From positions 558,001-622,000 of the forward strand of contig JAPEUD010000002.1 of assembly GCA_026026165.1 (NCBI GenBank): a DNA stretch of 64,000 nt, read 5' to 3'. The translations under genes were made by a program, and so were the position numbers. How positions within the stretch are numbered: position 1 is the stretch's first letter; every line of letters begins with the position of its first letter. Shown here one piece after another: positions 1 to 18,865 of the stretch. Under the pieces are notes generated by a model. That model was not told where the DNA came from and did not search any database. It worked only from the letters and a program-made list of their open reading frames with translations. Source of the DNA: Sarea resinae (Eukaryota).

Positions 1-412
1 TCATACGAAGTACCTCTACTACTCCTACTCTGCCGCCAAACATTCCACTCACTCTCTCCGGTTACCGACCCGTGAGTCTTTTTCTTTCTGCCATCTTCTT
101 CGGTCTCGGCCTGATGGGGGAGGAGGGGGGATGGAGGACCACTGGCACTACTGTGGCACATACATACCTAGTACCTTACCTTACATAGCACACATCACAG
201 CAAGTCAGAGAGGCAACTCTAGTCATTTGGTAGACGTTTGAACATTATGTCTTTGCAGATACTAAAAGGTTTAAAAGCTACTGCCTATTCAATCACACTT
301 TTCGTGGCCTCGAATCTCTACCGCACATCAGGCATTGCATTCCATAGCTAAAGGTCATTTCTCATTTCTCGTTGCCAGGTCGGACAACTACTGTATGGCG
401 TTTTCCAGCACT

Positions 413-2284
<1,872 letters not shown>

Positions 2285-3337
2285 TTAACGTCTCTGCAGA
2301 GAAAATGTCGCAATGGATTCTTATCTCTCACTTTGAGTAAGGAAAAGGTAATATGATCGATGATCTGGTGAGAGTTGGCTGTTGTCTCTGTTCTCGTATG
2401 CTAAACGCAGGGTGGGCTGACGTACCAAGCACCTAAATGCCTCTCTCGCTCCGGCCACCACTAGCGCCAGTGCACACCCAAGCCTTAGCGACGATCCGCG
2501 TGGATGAAGGCCAAGGATTCGGAGGAGGACTGTGGACGAAGGAAATCACGACAAGACTCGCCGAGACAGACTAAGTGATCTCGATTGGAGTGCTACGAGG
2601 TAGTGCTGCTCTGAACCATCTCCCCCGAAGACGAGACGGCTTGATTTTACCTGGACGTGCATCATGTCCGTGGTTGATAGGTCCGATCATGATTACCTTA
2701 CTTCAGTACAGTTCCTTCAGACGATGGTACAATACTTGTCCGTGATGGAATATACGTAGATAGCACACGATACGGTCCGAGAATCCGTAGCAACAGTGAG
2801 GTTTCGAATGTGCCCTCAGGTGAGTGCCACAACTGACGGGATCCCAAAGAGGTGCTCAGTGGTTATAACCTAAACTTACCTCCTTTCCCGCGAAAAGTTC
2901 AGATGCAAATGGAATGCATCAAATGAAATGTTTACGAATAGTGGAAGTCGAGTCCAATGGGTTCACCAGGCACGGTCATGTGACCGTCAAAAGAAACGGG
3001 TCTGGCCTCCAGCGCTACCCGTACTGTTACTGCACTTTATGAACTAAACGCGCCCTGTATAATCCAAGCTCGCCGGAGCTCTCATCATACCTCTGGTGGT
3101 GGCCTCGCCTCTTGATGCTCATCTGGGCATATTACAACGCAGGAATCGTCATCGCATACTGATCACTGTCTCTGAAGTTTCCTTCGACCAGAGAACACAG
3201 CATCCATCTCTCTATCTGTAGTCCCACCGGTTCAAGGATTGATCGAGGGTAGAGCCTTCGCTGCGGCTCTCTCGTTCGAGTGAAGTCTTCCCTTCCTGAC
3301 ATCACCTCGTCCCAAGTACCTACCCATCACCACCATC

Positions 3338-4698
3338 ATGGACGGAGCCGGTGACCCTGAACGTGCTCAAGCACTCGAAGAGTACAAGACAAAACTGCTA
3401 GAGTCGCGAGAATGGGAAGCAAAGCTGAAGACTCTGCGGCTTGACATCAAAGGATTACAGAAGGACTTTGATACAACGGAAGATAACATCAAGGCTTTGC
3501 AAAGCGTTGGGCAAATCATAGGCGAGGTTTTGAAGCAGCTGGACGAAGAAAGATGTGAGTGATAGTCCCTAGATAAGTCTAATGTTTGTGTCACCTCTCG
3601 GTGAAAAGGCTAATAGCTTCAACGCAGTCATCGTTAAGGCATCTTCAGGACCTCGATACGTTGTTGGGTGCCGATCTAAAGTAGACAAGGCAAAGCTGAA
3701 ACAGGGCACCCGTGTTGCGCTTGATATGACTACCTTGACCATCATGAGAATGCTTCCTCGAGAGGTGGACCCACTGGTCTACAACATGTCGCTCGAAGAT
3801 CCAGGCCAGATCAGCTTTGCTGGTATAGGTGGATTGAATGATCAGATCAGAGAGTTGAGGGAAGTCATTGAACTACCATTGAAGAATCCGGAACTTTTCC
3901 TTCGAGTAGGGATCAAGCCCCCAAAGGGTGTTCTTCTTTACGGGCCACCAGGAACAGGGAAGACGCTACTAGCAAGGGCCGTGGCAAGCGGCCTTGAAAC
4001 GAATTTTCTCAAGGGTATGGGATGGAATATGATCAACTCACGGTTCACAAGCTAATCTTTGACCATAGTGGTGTCTTCCGCCATCGTCGATAAGTATATA
4101 GGAGAGTCAGCTCGATTAATTCGTGAGATGTTTGGCTACGCGAAGGAGCATGAGCCTTGTATCATATTCATGGATGAGATTGATGCTATTGGAGGTCGAA
4201 GATTTTCCGAGGGCACATCAGCAGACAGAGAGATTCAACGAACACTGATGGAGCTGCTCAATCAGCTTGATGGGTTCGACTACCTTGGCAAGACTAAAAT
4301 CATCATGGCAACCAACCGACCTGACACCTTGGACCCTGCTTTACTCAGAGCTGGCCGACTGGACCGAAAGATCGAAATCCCACTACCGAACGAGGTCGGT
4401 CGCCTGGAGATTCTTAAAATCCATGCTGCTGGGGTTTCTCTGGAGGGCGAGATCGACTTTGAAAGCGTAGTGAAGATGAGTGACCAGCTGAATGGTGCGG
4501 ATTTGCGGAATGTAGTCACAGAGGCGTATGTTGATTATCCCTACTGCAATTGCACTCTTTACTAACGCGGCTTCTAGCGGATTGTTTGCTATCAAAGATT
4601 ACAGAGATGCTGTAAGTCAAGACGACTTCAACAAGGCGGTGCGGAAAGTGGCGGAGTCGAAGAAACTCGAAGGAAAGCTTGAATACCAAAAGCTGTAA
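3338..4698 (+). CDS. RPT4: 26S proteasome AAA-ATPase regulatory subunit Rpt4 (subunit 10B), 4 exons
   Basis: [13 protein letters not shown], Walker A GPPGTGKT, Walker [31 protein letters not shown]-terminal [11 protein letters not shown]; stop at 4696-4698. Confidence 0.97.
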
Positions 4699-5225
4699 AG
4701 GTCGAGTATGGGGTGCCATCAGTTGAGCGTGGAAGACCGGCTTTCCAGACGACCCTGGGTTGCGCGAGCATTGGCAGCAAGGGGCGTACGAATTTTACCT
4801 GTAATTTGGTCTGGACATCACTTTAGCATTAGAGAAATGCATGATCGTGTGTACTCATGTGTGCTCTCTTCAACTGTAGAATGCATGTGAGGGAGTTTCG
4901 ATGCTACCTGGTATCGTAAGGGGTCCGCAAGAGGAAAGTCGTATTGCGGCCACGCGCTATATGCTACGGGGTACGAAATGACCATCTGGATCCGTTGCTA
5001 ACAAAAGGTACGAAGTACCTAATGCTGGGCGAGCTCGGGCTCGGGCTACCTTAAGCTTACCCCGTATACAAACACAACTGACCTTTGATGCTGAAGACAC
5101 GTAATTCGGCCTAGTTCGAGACACCGCACTGCAATTGCCATTTTTCCATTCTTCAATCTTTACCTATCTTCACTCGTTTGAAAAGCTGTCTATTGAATAA
5201 CGATCTCTTGGAAAGCAATGCTTAA

Positions 5226-7680
<2,455 letters not shown>

Positions 7681-8127
7681 AGCTGAAAACCGATGATCTA
7701 TTTCGTATACCTTATATTCGCATCTATTCCCCTTGTAGCGCACTCTTTTGGAAGCATGTACAGGATATTGTTGGTACATTGGTCAATTGAGCGTTGATCG
7801 CAACATTGAAGGAATATCATCAATTTATAGCCTCAATAGGGAGAGCGGCTCAAGTTTCATTCAATCCTAAATCATTAAATTTTAAGAAATGGTGGTCGAC
7901 GTAGTTTGGAACGATTGAGGAGTACAATCAGGGGCATAGTTCCGTAGACAGCTGTGTCCTAGTCGAACCGCGGTCGGCGCGCTTACACGCGGGAGAGTCA
8001 TCGTCATGCTCGCAAGTTCAGCACACACGAAGCCGCGGCAGGCAGTCTCTAGAGCGTCGAGGGCCATTGTGGCTCCTTTCAAACTATCAAAGTGCTTTCA
8101 ATAGTATTTCTGGGCCAGCTTTGCATC

Positions 8128-9563
8128 ATGAGACTCTTCCCCACCCTGATACTAACCTCGCAAGCCGTCATTGGCTTCGTTGAGGGGAGCTCCAGCTTCG
8201 TTAAGACCCCACAACACAAGCTTTCGAATGTTGTAGACGGCAACATTCACGACCTCGTAAATGCTTCGCCGCTTTTATCTCTCCACCGGGACTTGGTAGA
8301 GATAGAGTCAACAACGGGCAGCGAGTATCATGCCGGCAGATTCCTGGTCGAATACCTCACGAGACATAATTTCACCGTCGAGACTCAGCTAGTCACCAAG
8401 GCTGGCTCACATGCGATCACGGCTCAGGGTTCCAGGGTTTCGAAGCACGACAGATTCAATGTGCTGGCCTATCCAGGTAGGAACAGGACGACACGGGCAC
8501 TGGTCACAAGCCACTATGATACTGTGCCGCCCTACTGGTCATATGAAGTGAAAGGTCGAGATGAAATCTGGGGACGTGGCTCTGTCGATGCCAAAGGTGC
8601 AGTCGCTGCACAGATCCAAGCGGTCGAGCAACTTCTTTGCAGCAAAGCGATCTTCGAAGGAGATGTGGCATTGCTATTTGTAGTCGGGTAATTATATGTT
8701 CCATCAACACATCCACAGAGCCACAAGGGCTGACAAATCCCGCAGAGAAGAGACCGAAGGTGATGGCATGGCCACTGCCAACAAGCTCGGCCTCTCTTGG
8801 GAAACTGTCATCTTCGGCGAGCCGACGGAGCTCAAGCTGGCCTCGGGCCATAAGGGCTTGGTGCGTTTGACTGTTTCAGCCACCGGCCGAGCAGGTCACA
8901 GCGGGTATCCCGAGCTCAGTGTCAACGCAAATTCAATGCTTTTGCCAGCGCTCATGGCTCTGGATCAACTGGATCTACCGCGATCGGATAATTACGGAAA
9001 CAGTACACTGAATATTGGGCGCATGGAGGGGGGAGTAGCAGCGAATGTGATACCCGGATATGCGGAAGCGGAAGTGGCTGTCAGAATTGCGGCCGGAGAG
9101 GTAGCGGAGATAGAGAAAAGTATGCTGGACGCAATCAACGCGGGGGGCCATGAACTGGAGGTTAAGTTTGCGAGTAATAAGTACGGGCCTGTGCATGTGG
9201 ATAGTGATGTTAAAGGTATGCGGTTTCTTCCCACTGGGGTGCTGTTGATAGGCTTCGCCTCCATACCCTATACACGACTCCCAATGCTGAAGATTACTTC
9301 TCTAGGTTTCGATACGATTGTGGTCAGTTATGGTATGTCTTATCCAATGCCCTCTTGCCCTTATGATCGAGCCGCAAAGCTGACCATCATGCTCTCTAGG
9401 AACCGATGTTCCCCTTCTCAGAGGAGAGCATAAAAGATACCTCTATGGACCGGGTTCAATCTTCGTAGCCCATTCGGACAATGAACACCTAACGGTCGGA
9501 GATTTGGAAGGGGCCGTAAAGGGGTACAAGACCCTCATTCGCGCGGCTCTAGACGCTCGATAA
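8128..9563 (+). CDS. Secreted/vacuolar M20 family metallopeptidase (acetylornithine deacetylase-like), 4 exons
   Basis: Signal-peptide-like N-terminus; metal-binding motifs [19 protein letters not shown] (across an intron), [25 protein letters not shown] at 9561-9563. Confidence 0.9.
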
Positions 9564-9657
9564 GAGTAGCCATCCAGCTATTTAATATAACCAAACCCCG
9601 GAAAACCAAGAAAAACAGTCTACAAGTTTCATGCATTCTTGCTTGCTTAAAATGATT

Positions 9658-11088
9658 TCAAATGACTTGTTCTTCATTCCTATATCCCCGCATCAGCGGA
9701 CTATCTAATATCTCTCTAAAATCTCTCGCCCACCAGACCGTCTTTCTACTCCCCGTTCGATTGGTATCCCCCTTACTCTGACTGTCGCTCTCCGACCCAA
9801 CTTCACCGCCGCCATCACCGCCGCCGCCGTCATTATCCGTCCATTCTCCGATCCAATCCACCCTTACACCCACCTCCTCCAACGCCCGAGCCAACCCTCG
9901 CTGCGTAGACCCCATCCTCTCATCCCGGACACAAATGCCCACGTCCGCACACTCAACCAGGCACTCGAGATCGGTGATGCTATCGCCCACGTAGACGACG
10001 TAGCCCCTTTCTTCCCCCCCACTTCCCTTCTCGCACGCAGGCGTTGCTATCATCCCAGACTTCGGAGCACACTCATCATCCTTGAGAATCTGCCGCACAA
10101 TCCGTGCCTTGTCCTCGCCCGTCCAGATGCCGCCATCTGGGCCGCCGAAATAGCGGTTCAATTGACCCGTGGGGGACCCGGTCGCGGACCAGAGATCCGA
10201 GATATCGTTTGCGTATATGGCGAGGGGATGTGATTGTTGGTGTTGGTGTTGGTGTTGGTGCTGCTGGAATCGCTCTTGCTCTCCGCCCTGCAGCGCCTTT
10301 CCAGTAGCGCCGGCGAGACACGCCCTGATGAACTCGGCGCTCCAATTCACGCTCACGATACTGATATCCATTTGCGCTCCCCCTCGCCCTCGCCCTCGCC
10401 TCGTCGTCGCGCCTGCTCCTGCACTACCAACACCCACACCCACACCCCCAGCCGCCGTTCGAGTTCCCATCCCCAAGGCCACCACGCCCTCGCAACCAGC
10501 TCTCAGCCGCACCTCCCCACTCCCCACCATCTGCCCCGCGGCCCTCCATACCTCGGCCCCCGTGACGCCTCTGAAGACGCCCGCGCGCTCGACGCGCTCC
10601 ACACTGCGTCGCTCGACGGGGCGCAGACCGTTCAAGAAACCGAGTCTACGCGAGAGTGGTGTTTTCCGTATTGGAGGGGTGAGAGGGGTGGTGCTGGATT
10701 GGCCTCCTTGTTCCTCTTTCTCTCTCGTCCGGGCATGCTGCGCGTAGTCGTGCATGTATGCGTCGCTGAAATGGGTCCATGGTGGGAGAGGAGGGGTCGT
10801 GTCTGCTTCTGTGCTGGGGGTTGCAGAAGAACCAGGGGCGGTGGTTTGCTGCTGCTCATGCTGCTGCTGTTGCTGCTGTAGCTGGTGGAGATGATGATGA
10901 TGATGATGATGATGCGCATAGCCGATGCTGGCAACGAGCTGTAGATGATGGATTAGCTGGGATAAGGCCGAATGGCATAAGATTTATAGCTGGAAGAGTT
11001 GCGAGAGGCTTACGGAAAGGGTATCTTGGGTCGTTAGGGTGCCGTCCCAGTCTAGAAAAAGGTGTCTGATGCGCGGGTGCGGGGCCAT
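9658..11088 (-). CDS. HAD-superfamily hydrolase (YCR015C/Cto1, UPF0655-like), 2 exons
   Basis: Exon 1 (missed by the ORF track) reads MAPHPRIRHLFLDWDGTLTTQDTLS (HAD motif I), followed by a GTAAGC..CTAAT..CAG intron; exon 2 has IVSVNWS, IYANDI, GEDK and YVGDSITDLECL (motif IV). Confidence 0.85.
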
Positions 11089-11714
11089 CAATGCCGGCGT
11101 TGCTACCGCTGTGGCAGCTGCTTTGCTTGGATCGGGGAGGGTTCGATTCGAACCTAGACTTTATTCTAGAATGGCGAGATGCGCCCAGATCGCAGGTGGG
11201 CGAGGCCTCGTTGGTGGGGTGGTGAGGTGGTGGGGATCGAAGTTCAAGATGGGCGAGCACCTAAGAATGGCCATAGCTTCACATCATCTAGATGACGCAA
11301 TCAATACACGCCTTACAGACTATTTTCACATTTGACACACTTCCACTACTAGTTCAAGCGCTGGTGACACTTGAATCGTGATGCTTGGATCAAAACAACG
11401 CCAATTGGGGATATCTCGTTAACGAATTGGATACACGATGTTGTAAATCAACCAAGCGGCTCATCGTCCCCTTCAAGAACGGCGCAGCCACAGAGGATCC
11501 CGATATTACCCCTACCGCCCAATGCAATGCCCATTGTTCGTCGACCAAAGGTCCGAAAAAGACCCATTACCCAGCCGTCAGCTCCGTCAATCCAAAACGC
11601 CCAAACGCTGTTCAGTGTATCAGACGTCCAACCCTACCCAATCGCGCAAAGAGACATCGACGACAATATAAACATGAAGGCAACTTAGGAACATTCAAAG
11701 ACGTGCCAATATCC

Positions 11715-14700
11715 TTAGCCACCGGACCTTGCCAGCCGCCCTCCAGCGCTCACCCTCTTCTGCAATTTTGACTCTCTCTCCTTCTGCCGTTGAGCAGGAC
11801 TCGAGCCATCCCCTGCCATGAAAACCGGGAGAGCGGTGAGAGTATCTCCTGAAATTGCGCTAGAGCCGGATCGTCCAGATTTCTGGTCTACATAAAGTCG
11901 AGCTGAATTGGAGAGCGGAAAAGCTGGCAGCTGGCTCGGAATTTCGGCGCCGTTTTGAATCAGCAATTCCGCAATCGGAAAAGCAACAACTTTTCCAGGA
12001 GTTTCGGGCCGATTAGGGGAAGACGTCGCCGATGGTGCACCTGGAGGAGCCGGATCGGCAGCCGCAAGCGCAAGGAAGATGGCATGCGTGTTGCGAGAAC
12101 GATCAGTAGCATTGGGGTTCGCCTTGAGCGCAAGAGCGTAAAGCACGCCATGTAGGTCATTCTTCTTGATTGAAGCCAGCAGTGTTTCGTCTGCTGTAGA
12201 ATAATGTGAAAGTGTGGGAGATATAGGTGTCACGAAAGCACGGTCGGCGTATTTCGCTACTATGAACTTGAGACGTTGTTCGCGGGTAGCCTGAGGAGTG
12301 GGCTTCTGTGACTTATCGAGCTTGGCCTCCCAGACCATATTGCTCACGCGATTGCCAACCAAGAGGAGCAATTCGACAATGTCAGTCGTAAAAGATGTCG
12401 TGTCGAGTGTCAAGGATCGAACTTTGGAGATGTGTGTACCCAAAGATCGGTGAATGCCACTACACTCAATGCAAAGGACGATGGCGAGATTGATGGAGAC
12501 CCATTCAGTTTTGATGCCAGACCCACAGTCAGCACACCAGCAATTGCCCTGATCGGCATCACGAACAATCTGCAGAAGCTTAGAGGGGTTATCCTCGAAA
12601 CTATTACTGCTTGTCCGCACGTAATTAGGCCTCGCCCCGACGGTGATCCGTCGGTACATGTTGTTTGCAGCGGAACTGGCTACTGAAGTTGCATGGCTAT
12701 ATCCAGCAGAAGATGAACTCTTTCCCGTAAGGACCGAGCCAATATCTCGACGCTTTCCATCTCCCAATTGGGTTGTCGAGGTCGGCGGCGCCGGATTAAT
12801 GCTGCTGAGTTCTACGGCGCTTTGCAGCGCGTTGTTGATGGCGTTGATCCAATTAGTCATATCCTCCTCAGATGTCGCCTGGTAGACTCGTTTGAATTGA
12901 GGGGTGATCACTTCCAAGCAGAATCGCCTCTCGGTATTGCGAGCTTCCCGAACAGAGGCCATTCGCAGGTCGATCGGTTCCATATGAAGATCTAACCTTT
13001 GCTTCCAATTGCTATACTCAGATAGTTTACCTTGATCAAGGACGATCCAGAACCTTAACAGTCAGCACTGATCTCGATAAATTGGGTAGATATACTTACT
13101 TATGCCAAGCCTGCTTGTTTAATCCCTTTGGATCGGCATGACTCCCGGGTCGACTCAAGGCCCAAAGCAAACCCTCTTTCCTCTGCTGACCTCCGGACTG
13201 TTCCGAACTTGACACACTGCTATAGTCTTTCTCCTCCAGGTCTCGGATGCCTCTGAATTTGTTCTGTACCACACCAACAGAAGGCTGACTGGATGGGCTT
13301 GTGAACGGATCAGTTGGAACGGATGTTCCCAGAGAAGGGTGGCTCGACGGAGTAGTTGCGGAAGTAGAATTCGGTGCCGATTTTACTGCCGAGCCTATCA
13401 CTTCCAGACGAGCAAATTCTGCATCAGATATGTAGCTCCCGTTTGCATTGGGGATGTTTACCGACGGCACGGTAGGAGCGGTAGTTGATTCCGGTTCCAC
13501 GTATGTGGTGGTGGACTTCTCAAGCGTTCTTCGCTTTTCTTCTCTCTCCGTTCGTTGAAATTGGTATTCCTTGTCCGCCTCTTTCACCTCATGACTTAGA
13601 GCCTCGAGTTGAGGAACCATCTCCTCTACTTTCTTCGACGTGGCCAGGAAACTTCTCGCCTGCGCGTCCGCGAATTTGGTGAGATGCGAAAGGACCTCTT
13701 GTTCTTTTCTCCCTCCATGCAAGTCCTGCATGAAAGAAGAATAGTCAAAGCGCTTCAATTCAAAGTTGCGCCTCTTGCTCTGGTACTTGGAGTCGCTCTC
13801 AGCACGTTTCTTCTCTTTCAGCGAATCCTGACGTTGGCCAAGATACCTACTCAAATACGAGTAGTAGTCCCGACTCTCATCTTCAAAGTCCTTTTTCTTT
13901 GCTTCGGCCTGTTTGATGTCTATATAGTATAGCTTCGATAGAGGCTCGATGATAAGCTTTTGGAGGTTAATTGTGTTTGCCTTCTCGTACTGAAGAATCT
14001 CTTTCGCAATCTTTTCAAAATAATGATCCAGTGCAGGGCGCACAGCATGAGCGTTTGATGCCGAAGCTTCTCGTAGTGCTTCCATGAAGCCCGCCATTGC
14101 AGCATTGCACTCGACTTGAGATGACTGGACAGCCTCGGCTTTCTTGAGAACCTTTTTCATCCTTGCTCGCATGCTACCCGTCTTCTGCTCTAATGCTTTC
14201 ATGGTAGCCCGGAAAAGCGGCCCGTCGTCAACCGCACTCATGTCTCCACCAGGTCTTTGACATCCGACGTCCACCTTGATCGTAGTATTGGTGAGAGCAT
14301 GCGTGAGACCAAGCCCAGACTCAGAGGAGACGTCGTTGGGGGAGGACGGTTCGCGGAATTCCCCTTGCAAGTCCGTATCACTCAAACGAGATCCGGTAGA
14401 CTGAGTGGACGGCACTCGTAATCGTGGCGCAGCCAGGGTATCGAATCCATTTGACGGTCTTGGGCTATGAGGAAGCAAACGCTGCATATCTGCGAACGTC
14501 AGCAACATTGGTCGGGTTTACGGTCCCTATCATGCACTTACTTTGGACCCAGAAAGAGAAGCTTGCAACGGTATCCAGACGGTGTGCCCTCTGATCGTAT
14601 TCCACGAACTAAACAGCCTGGTTAGTATCTTCTCCAAAATTCGGAGTCCACAATCACGCACGCTGCAGCTATTTCGCCAGCCACCCCCACGATCCTCTGT

Positions 14701-15386
14701 CGGCTTCGGGGGTCTCCAAGTCCACGACCAGTCAAATTGGACTGACGGATTTCCATTGGTCGAGTACTTCTCCTCTAGAAGCTGGACATTGGAGTTTTTG
14801 TGTAAATTTGGGTCTGCATGGAATTCTCGTGTGACGAGATTGTCAATTTCTCTCGAGCTTGAAGCGAAGATATATGTTAGATTGTTCACGACGGAATCCC
14901 CGGCGGGTTCGGCTACACCAGAAGGTGAGGGGCTGGAATGTTGTCCATGGGGTGTCTGTCGAAGTATGAAGGTAAAGTTGAAGATCAGCTCGTCCTCGTT
15001 ATTCAGGCGCAGCAGGAAAGACGGCGGGGACTGTGGTGACAAAGACTCTGGATCCTAAGGCATCCCAGATATGTTAGCCCACTTCGATAATGGATCGATT
15101 GCCAATGTGGTGCGAAACACACCTGCACGAATTCCACCATGGAATCATCGCCGACTTCTCGCTTTGCGGTGATCCGCGTGGCCGGGAAGGAATTCGGTGC
15201 TATGGTGAGCAGCACATGTCGCCGTGAGTTTGTAATGGTCAAAGAGCTAAGAGATACTAGATAGGTGGGTAGTGAGCAGCTTTGACCTTGTCAAGAGCAG
15301 TAAGTCCCAGGTCATCACTCACGGCGATTCTGATCACTCAGATAGAGCGCCGCGCCGTCGTCTGGCCTGCTACTGACAATCCCCAT
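11715..15386 (-). CDS. BAR-PH-ArfGAP protein (ACAP/centaurin-beta type, Csx2/Age1-like), 6 exons
   Basis: MGIVSSRPDDG start; DDGPLFRATMKALE BAR-like helices; PH region (RKEGLLWALS..RRFCLEVITP); ArfGAP zinc finger CADC..WVSINLAIVLCIECSGIHRSLG; ankyrin-like tail. Confidence 0.92.
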
Positions 15387-17360
15387 GGCGGGTATGTTCT
15401 GAGAACAGGTTGGCTCTCCAGTATTCTAATCGTGTTGGATGACTGATGTGCTTGATGTAATTGATGTGATTGATGTGATTAATACGGTGGTTGACGAAGG
15501 GATGTTGGCATGCGCTCTGCCACCGGACTGTCTACACATCCTCTGACGGTAGACAATCACACTGCTGATGGTGCTCTTCGGCGTCTGTCGATGCTGGCGC
15601 GTGTGGTAGTCTGCTGTATCGGGGATGGCGATAGTCTCCACTTAAAGAGAGATCCTCGGTGCGTTCCGCTTTAAAGTCCTACCATCTCGCTAGAGGGCGG
15701 CGAAAGGAGAGAGCTGAGATACCTGACGCTACCTTGCGCTATACTTTGTAGTCATGTAGGCGGAAAGGAGGTCATGATACCTCACGTATGAGAGAGAGAA
15801 GAATGGATCGAATGTGCTGCTGCCTCAAGGTGGTCATCTGCAAGCTAACGGACAGTACCACGCACCCTGGATGAAGCATTGATTTTCATCGTGAGGGGAT
15901 GAACAAAGAAGCCACCAGATTCAGCCCGGCCTACGATCCATTACCATCTACTACAGTACTTCAGTATCTTCCTCATTCGACTTTTCTTTATTTAGGTCCG
16001 ATGCGGCTGTCGTCGTGACTCGAAGAGACCTGGCGTAGACATGAACGGCAATGGAGGGCTTCGCATTTGTGGAAGTACTCTTCAATTCACTGCTAGCTCG
16101 CTCTCCGTACTCTGTACCTCCGGCAGGGGACTGAGGGACAGTGTGGGGGGGGTGTTGGAGGGGGTGGAGGGGGGAAAGCAGGGTCGCGATCGAAATATGG
16201 CTGTAGGTACCACTAGGCGCAGCGGCATTTGTATGGCAACGGCTGGTACTACGCATAGGATCTCCATCGCACATCTCTCGAGTTCGCTCCATGGTCCTCT
16301 ACATTGCCTCAGCCCTTCCTGACCGTGCGGCAGGGCTTCGGGCTCCAGGGCTGCTCGCGGTCTTTGCGTCACGAGGTGAGGTATCAGTCTTAAGAGTCCA
16401 CCACAGAGGCGCCTTATCTCAAGCAGCAAGATGCTTCATAGATCCTTCGGTCGCAGACGCGTAAAGCGATGATGAGGCAGTGCTGATTTTACTCCAAATG
16501 CCACACGCGGACGTCATACAATTCATTCTGAACACACAGATGACCACGTTCCCCGTAGTGTCTCATCGATTCTGGTAGGGATCCATCTACAGAGAGAAAC
16601 AGCTCTCGACTCATGGCTGCCTAGGTAGGACCGACTGACTCACCTGACACCTATGATCTTAGCTCTTGTAAGTTCCAGGAGAGTGAAGTAATCTATGAAT
16701 CTTTCTCTTTATTTCCTTTGACAGACGGAATCTCGCTCGAAATATCTGTAGAATGGCTTTAGCTACTGATTCTTTCTAACTGCCTTGTCCCTTCTTCGTT
16801 TGGGGGAGATTAAAGTCACCCAAAAGATTACTCCAAAATCGATTACTCTAGATTCCACATGTTTTATAGCTCATTACTCCAGATGTTCAGGGACTAGATA
16901 TAACAGCCCGAGATCATAGAGCTGAGATAGGAAATAAGTATGAGTGGCATGACAGCATCGTCTAGGTCTATCTGCGGCTCTGTGACGCTCTGTCGAGCTC
17001 ATGAAGATTTCATTTCTGTAGGCTCGAGAACAAAACCTGGAACAATCTACTACGTACGTGAGATCCATATTGTCGGCTCTGGAGCTCTGAAGCTCGGAAG
17101 ATTCGCCATAAGCCAAGCCCGCTATCTTATCTAACACCCTAGTAAGCCACCTCCCTCCTAACCAATTTCCTGAGCCGAGGCAACTCGATATTTCGCGTCA
17201 TTGTACTCGGAGTAGATGCAATGGATGGAGCCCTCCGTTCCCTTAGATGCTTGGAGGGGCATTCACTCACCTTTCTATTGATGTGATTATTCATGTGTCT
17301 ACGCCGATATAAAACGAAACGTTCTGATGGTCTGCACCTCACATACACCGATTGCCTAAC

Positions 17361-18387
17361 ATGGGGACCTCATTCAAGGAAGCAACGGCGGTCATACCGA
17401 TCGATTCCCACACGTATTCAGCCAATTTTCCACAAGACTGGACCATCGGATCAGGTTTGCCATCTCATTCTAGCAGTTCCAGTCTCCTCGATTTTGCGGC
17501 TAAACAATCTTTACACAGTGCCTCATGGTGGTTTCGTCACTTCGGTCTTCCTCAATGTCGCGCGGGCCCATTTCCGCACCACCTTATCCAAGCAAGATCA
17601 ACCGCACACGATCATTCTCCATCTTGAATTTCTTAGGCGGACTCAGACCGGTCCCGTCGTCTTCAAAGTTCATGATGCGAAGCTCGGCCGCCAGACGTCC
17701 ACGATCCATATCACACTCACACAAGATGGCCGCACCGAGGTAGTCGGGTATATTACAAACGCGAATATGAAGACCGAAAGGGGTGTTTCTTTACCTACCG
17801 ATTGGTCTCTGCATCCGGCTCCAGATGCAGTCAACGTCTCCAAGCTGCAAGAAGACCGAGACGCCAATTGGAAGGAAAAGAAAAGGATGCCTTATACCGC
17901 CTTCCGGAAAGCAACCTCGAAACTCCGATTCTACTTCCCTCGGCATGGCCAAAAGTCGAAGAGCATGGCGGATGAATGGGTTTGTTTCAAGGATGGAGAA
18001 AGGTTTACGGATACTGCGGTAGGTTATCTGTCGGACACTTGGCCTCAAAACGTGGAGCGGTACGAGGGGAAAGATCTATATGCACACGACAATAGCGACG
18101 AGATAGATGAAACAAGGGCAGAAGATGCCAAGGGAAATCACTGGTTCCCAACTCTTGTTTTGAATCTAGATATCAAGAAGCCATTGCCCGAGGAAGGCGT
18201 TGAATGGCTCTTTGCTAGGGTGCGGTCGAAGAAGATTGACAACGGAAGGTTTGATATAGAAGTTGCCATTCTCGATGAGCCGGGCGATCTTGTTGCTTTG
18301 AGCCACCATACCTGTATGGTGTTGTCGGCTGAGAGGAATTTGGCACAGAGGACGAAATCGGCGTCCGGAGCGTCGAGCAAGCTATGA
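17361..18387 (+). CDS. Double hot-dog acyl-CoA thioesterase-like protein, 2 exons
   Basis: MGTSFKEATAV..DWTIGS|VPHGGFV, HLEFLRRT, GRQTSTIH, WFPTLVLNLDIKK, GRFDIEV..LVALSHH. Confidence 0.88.
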
Positions 18388-18865
18388 CTGGGGAGACTCT
18401 AGGACGTGCGAGGCTCTCACTACGGAGCCGAGGTGGTGAAAAAGTGTCAGATCTGCCCAGCTGCGATGCTCTCCACGATACATCTTTTGGGGGCCAAGGA
18501 GGCCATTTTTCATCATGCATATATGCTGGGGCCTCTATCACGAATTGTGTACTAATATCACAAGAACCAAACAAGGAACTATGCTAGTGTTTCAAGCCTT
18601 TCCGAGGAGCATTTGTACGAAGTCTGTGCTCGTTACTCCATCCTGGCGCTGTCTCGCTGCTGGCCGATCATCGATCCTTTGGCTACAGTGTTCAATTTCT
18701 GCGCATCACGCTGCGAAGAGTAGGCCGTTCATTCGTCGAGTGGGCTCAAGAGTACCAGCCAGAGCACTCTGCACACCTCCATATAGTGTTGTTTGACGAT
18801 CACGCTTTATTACTAAGACGAGCAGGGATGGGAGCAAGATTCGCGCTCCTCCGCAAAGCTTGGCC

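Noticed and set aside
3090..3110. GGTGGTGGCC upstream of RPT4 as an Rpn4/PACE site
   Set aside because: Does not match GGTGGCAAA well enough to call.
11140..11154. GGTTCGATTCGAACC, a B-box/T-loop-like palindrome suggesting a tRNA
   Set aside because: No acceptor stem, D-arm or anticodon arm around it; it lies just upstream of the HAD start.
15426..17348. Short ORFs between the ArfGAP and thioesterase genes
   Set aside because: No recognisable domains, codon bias or consistent splice structure; treated as divergent promoter/UTR sequence.
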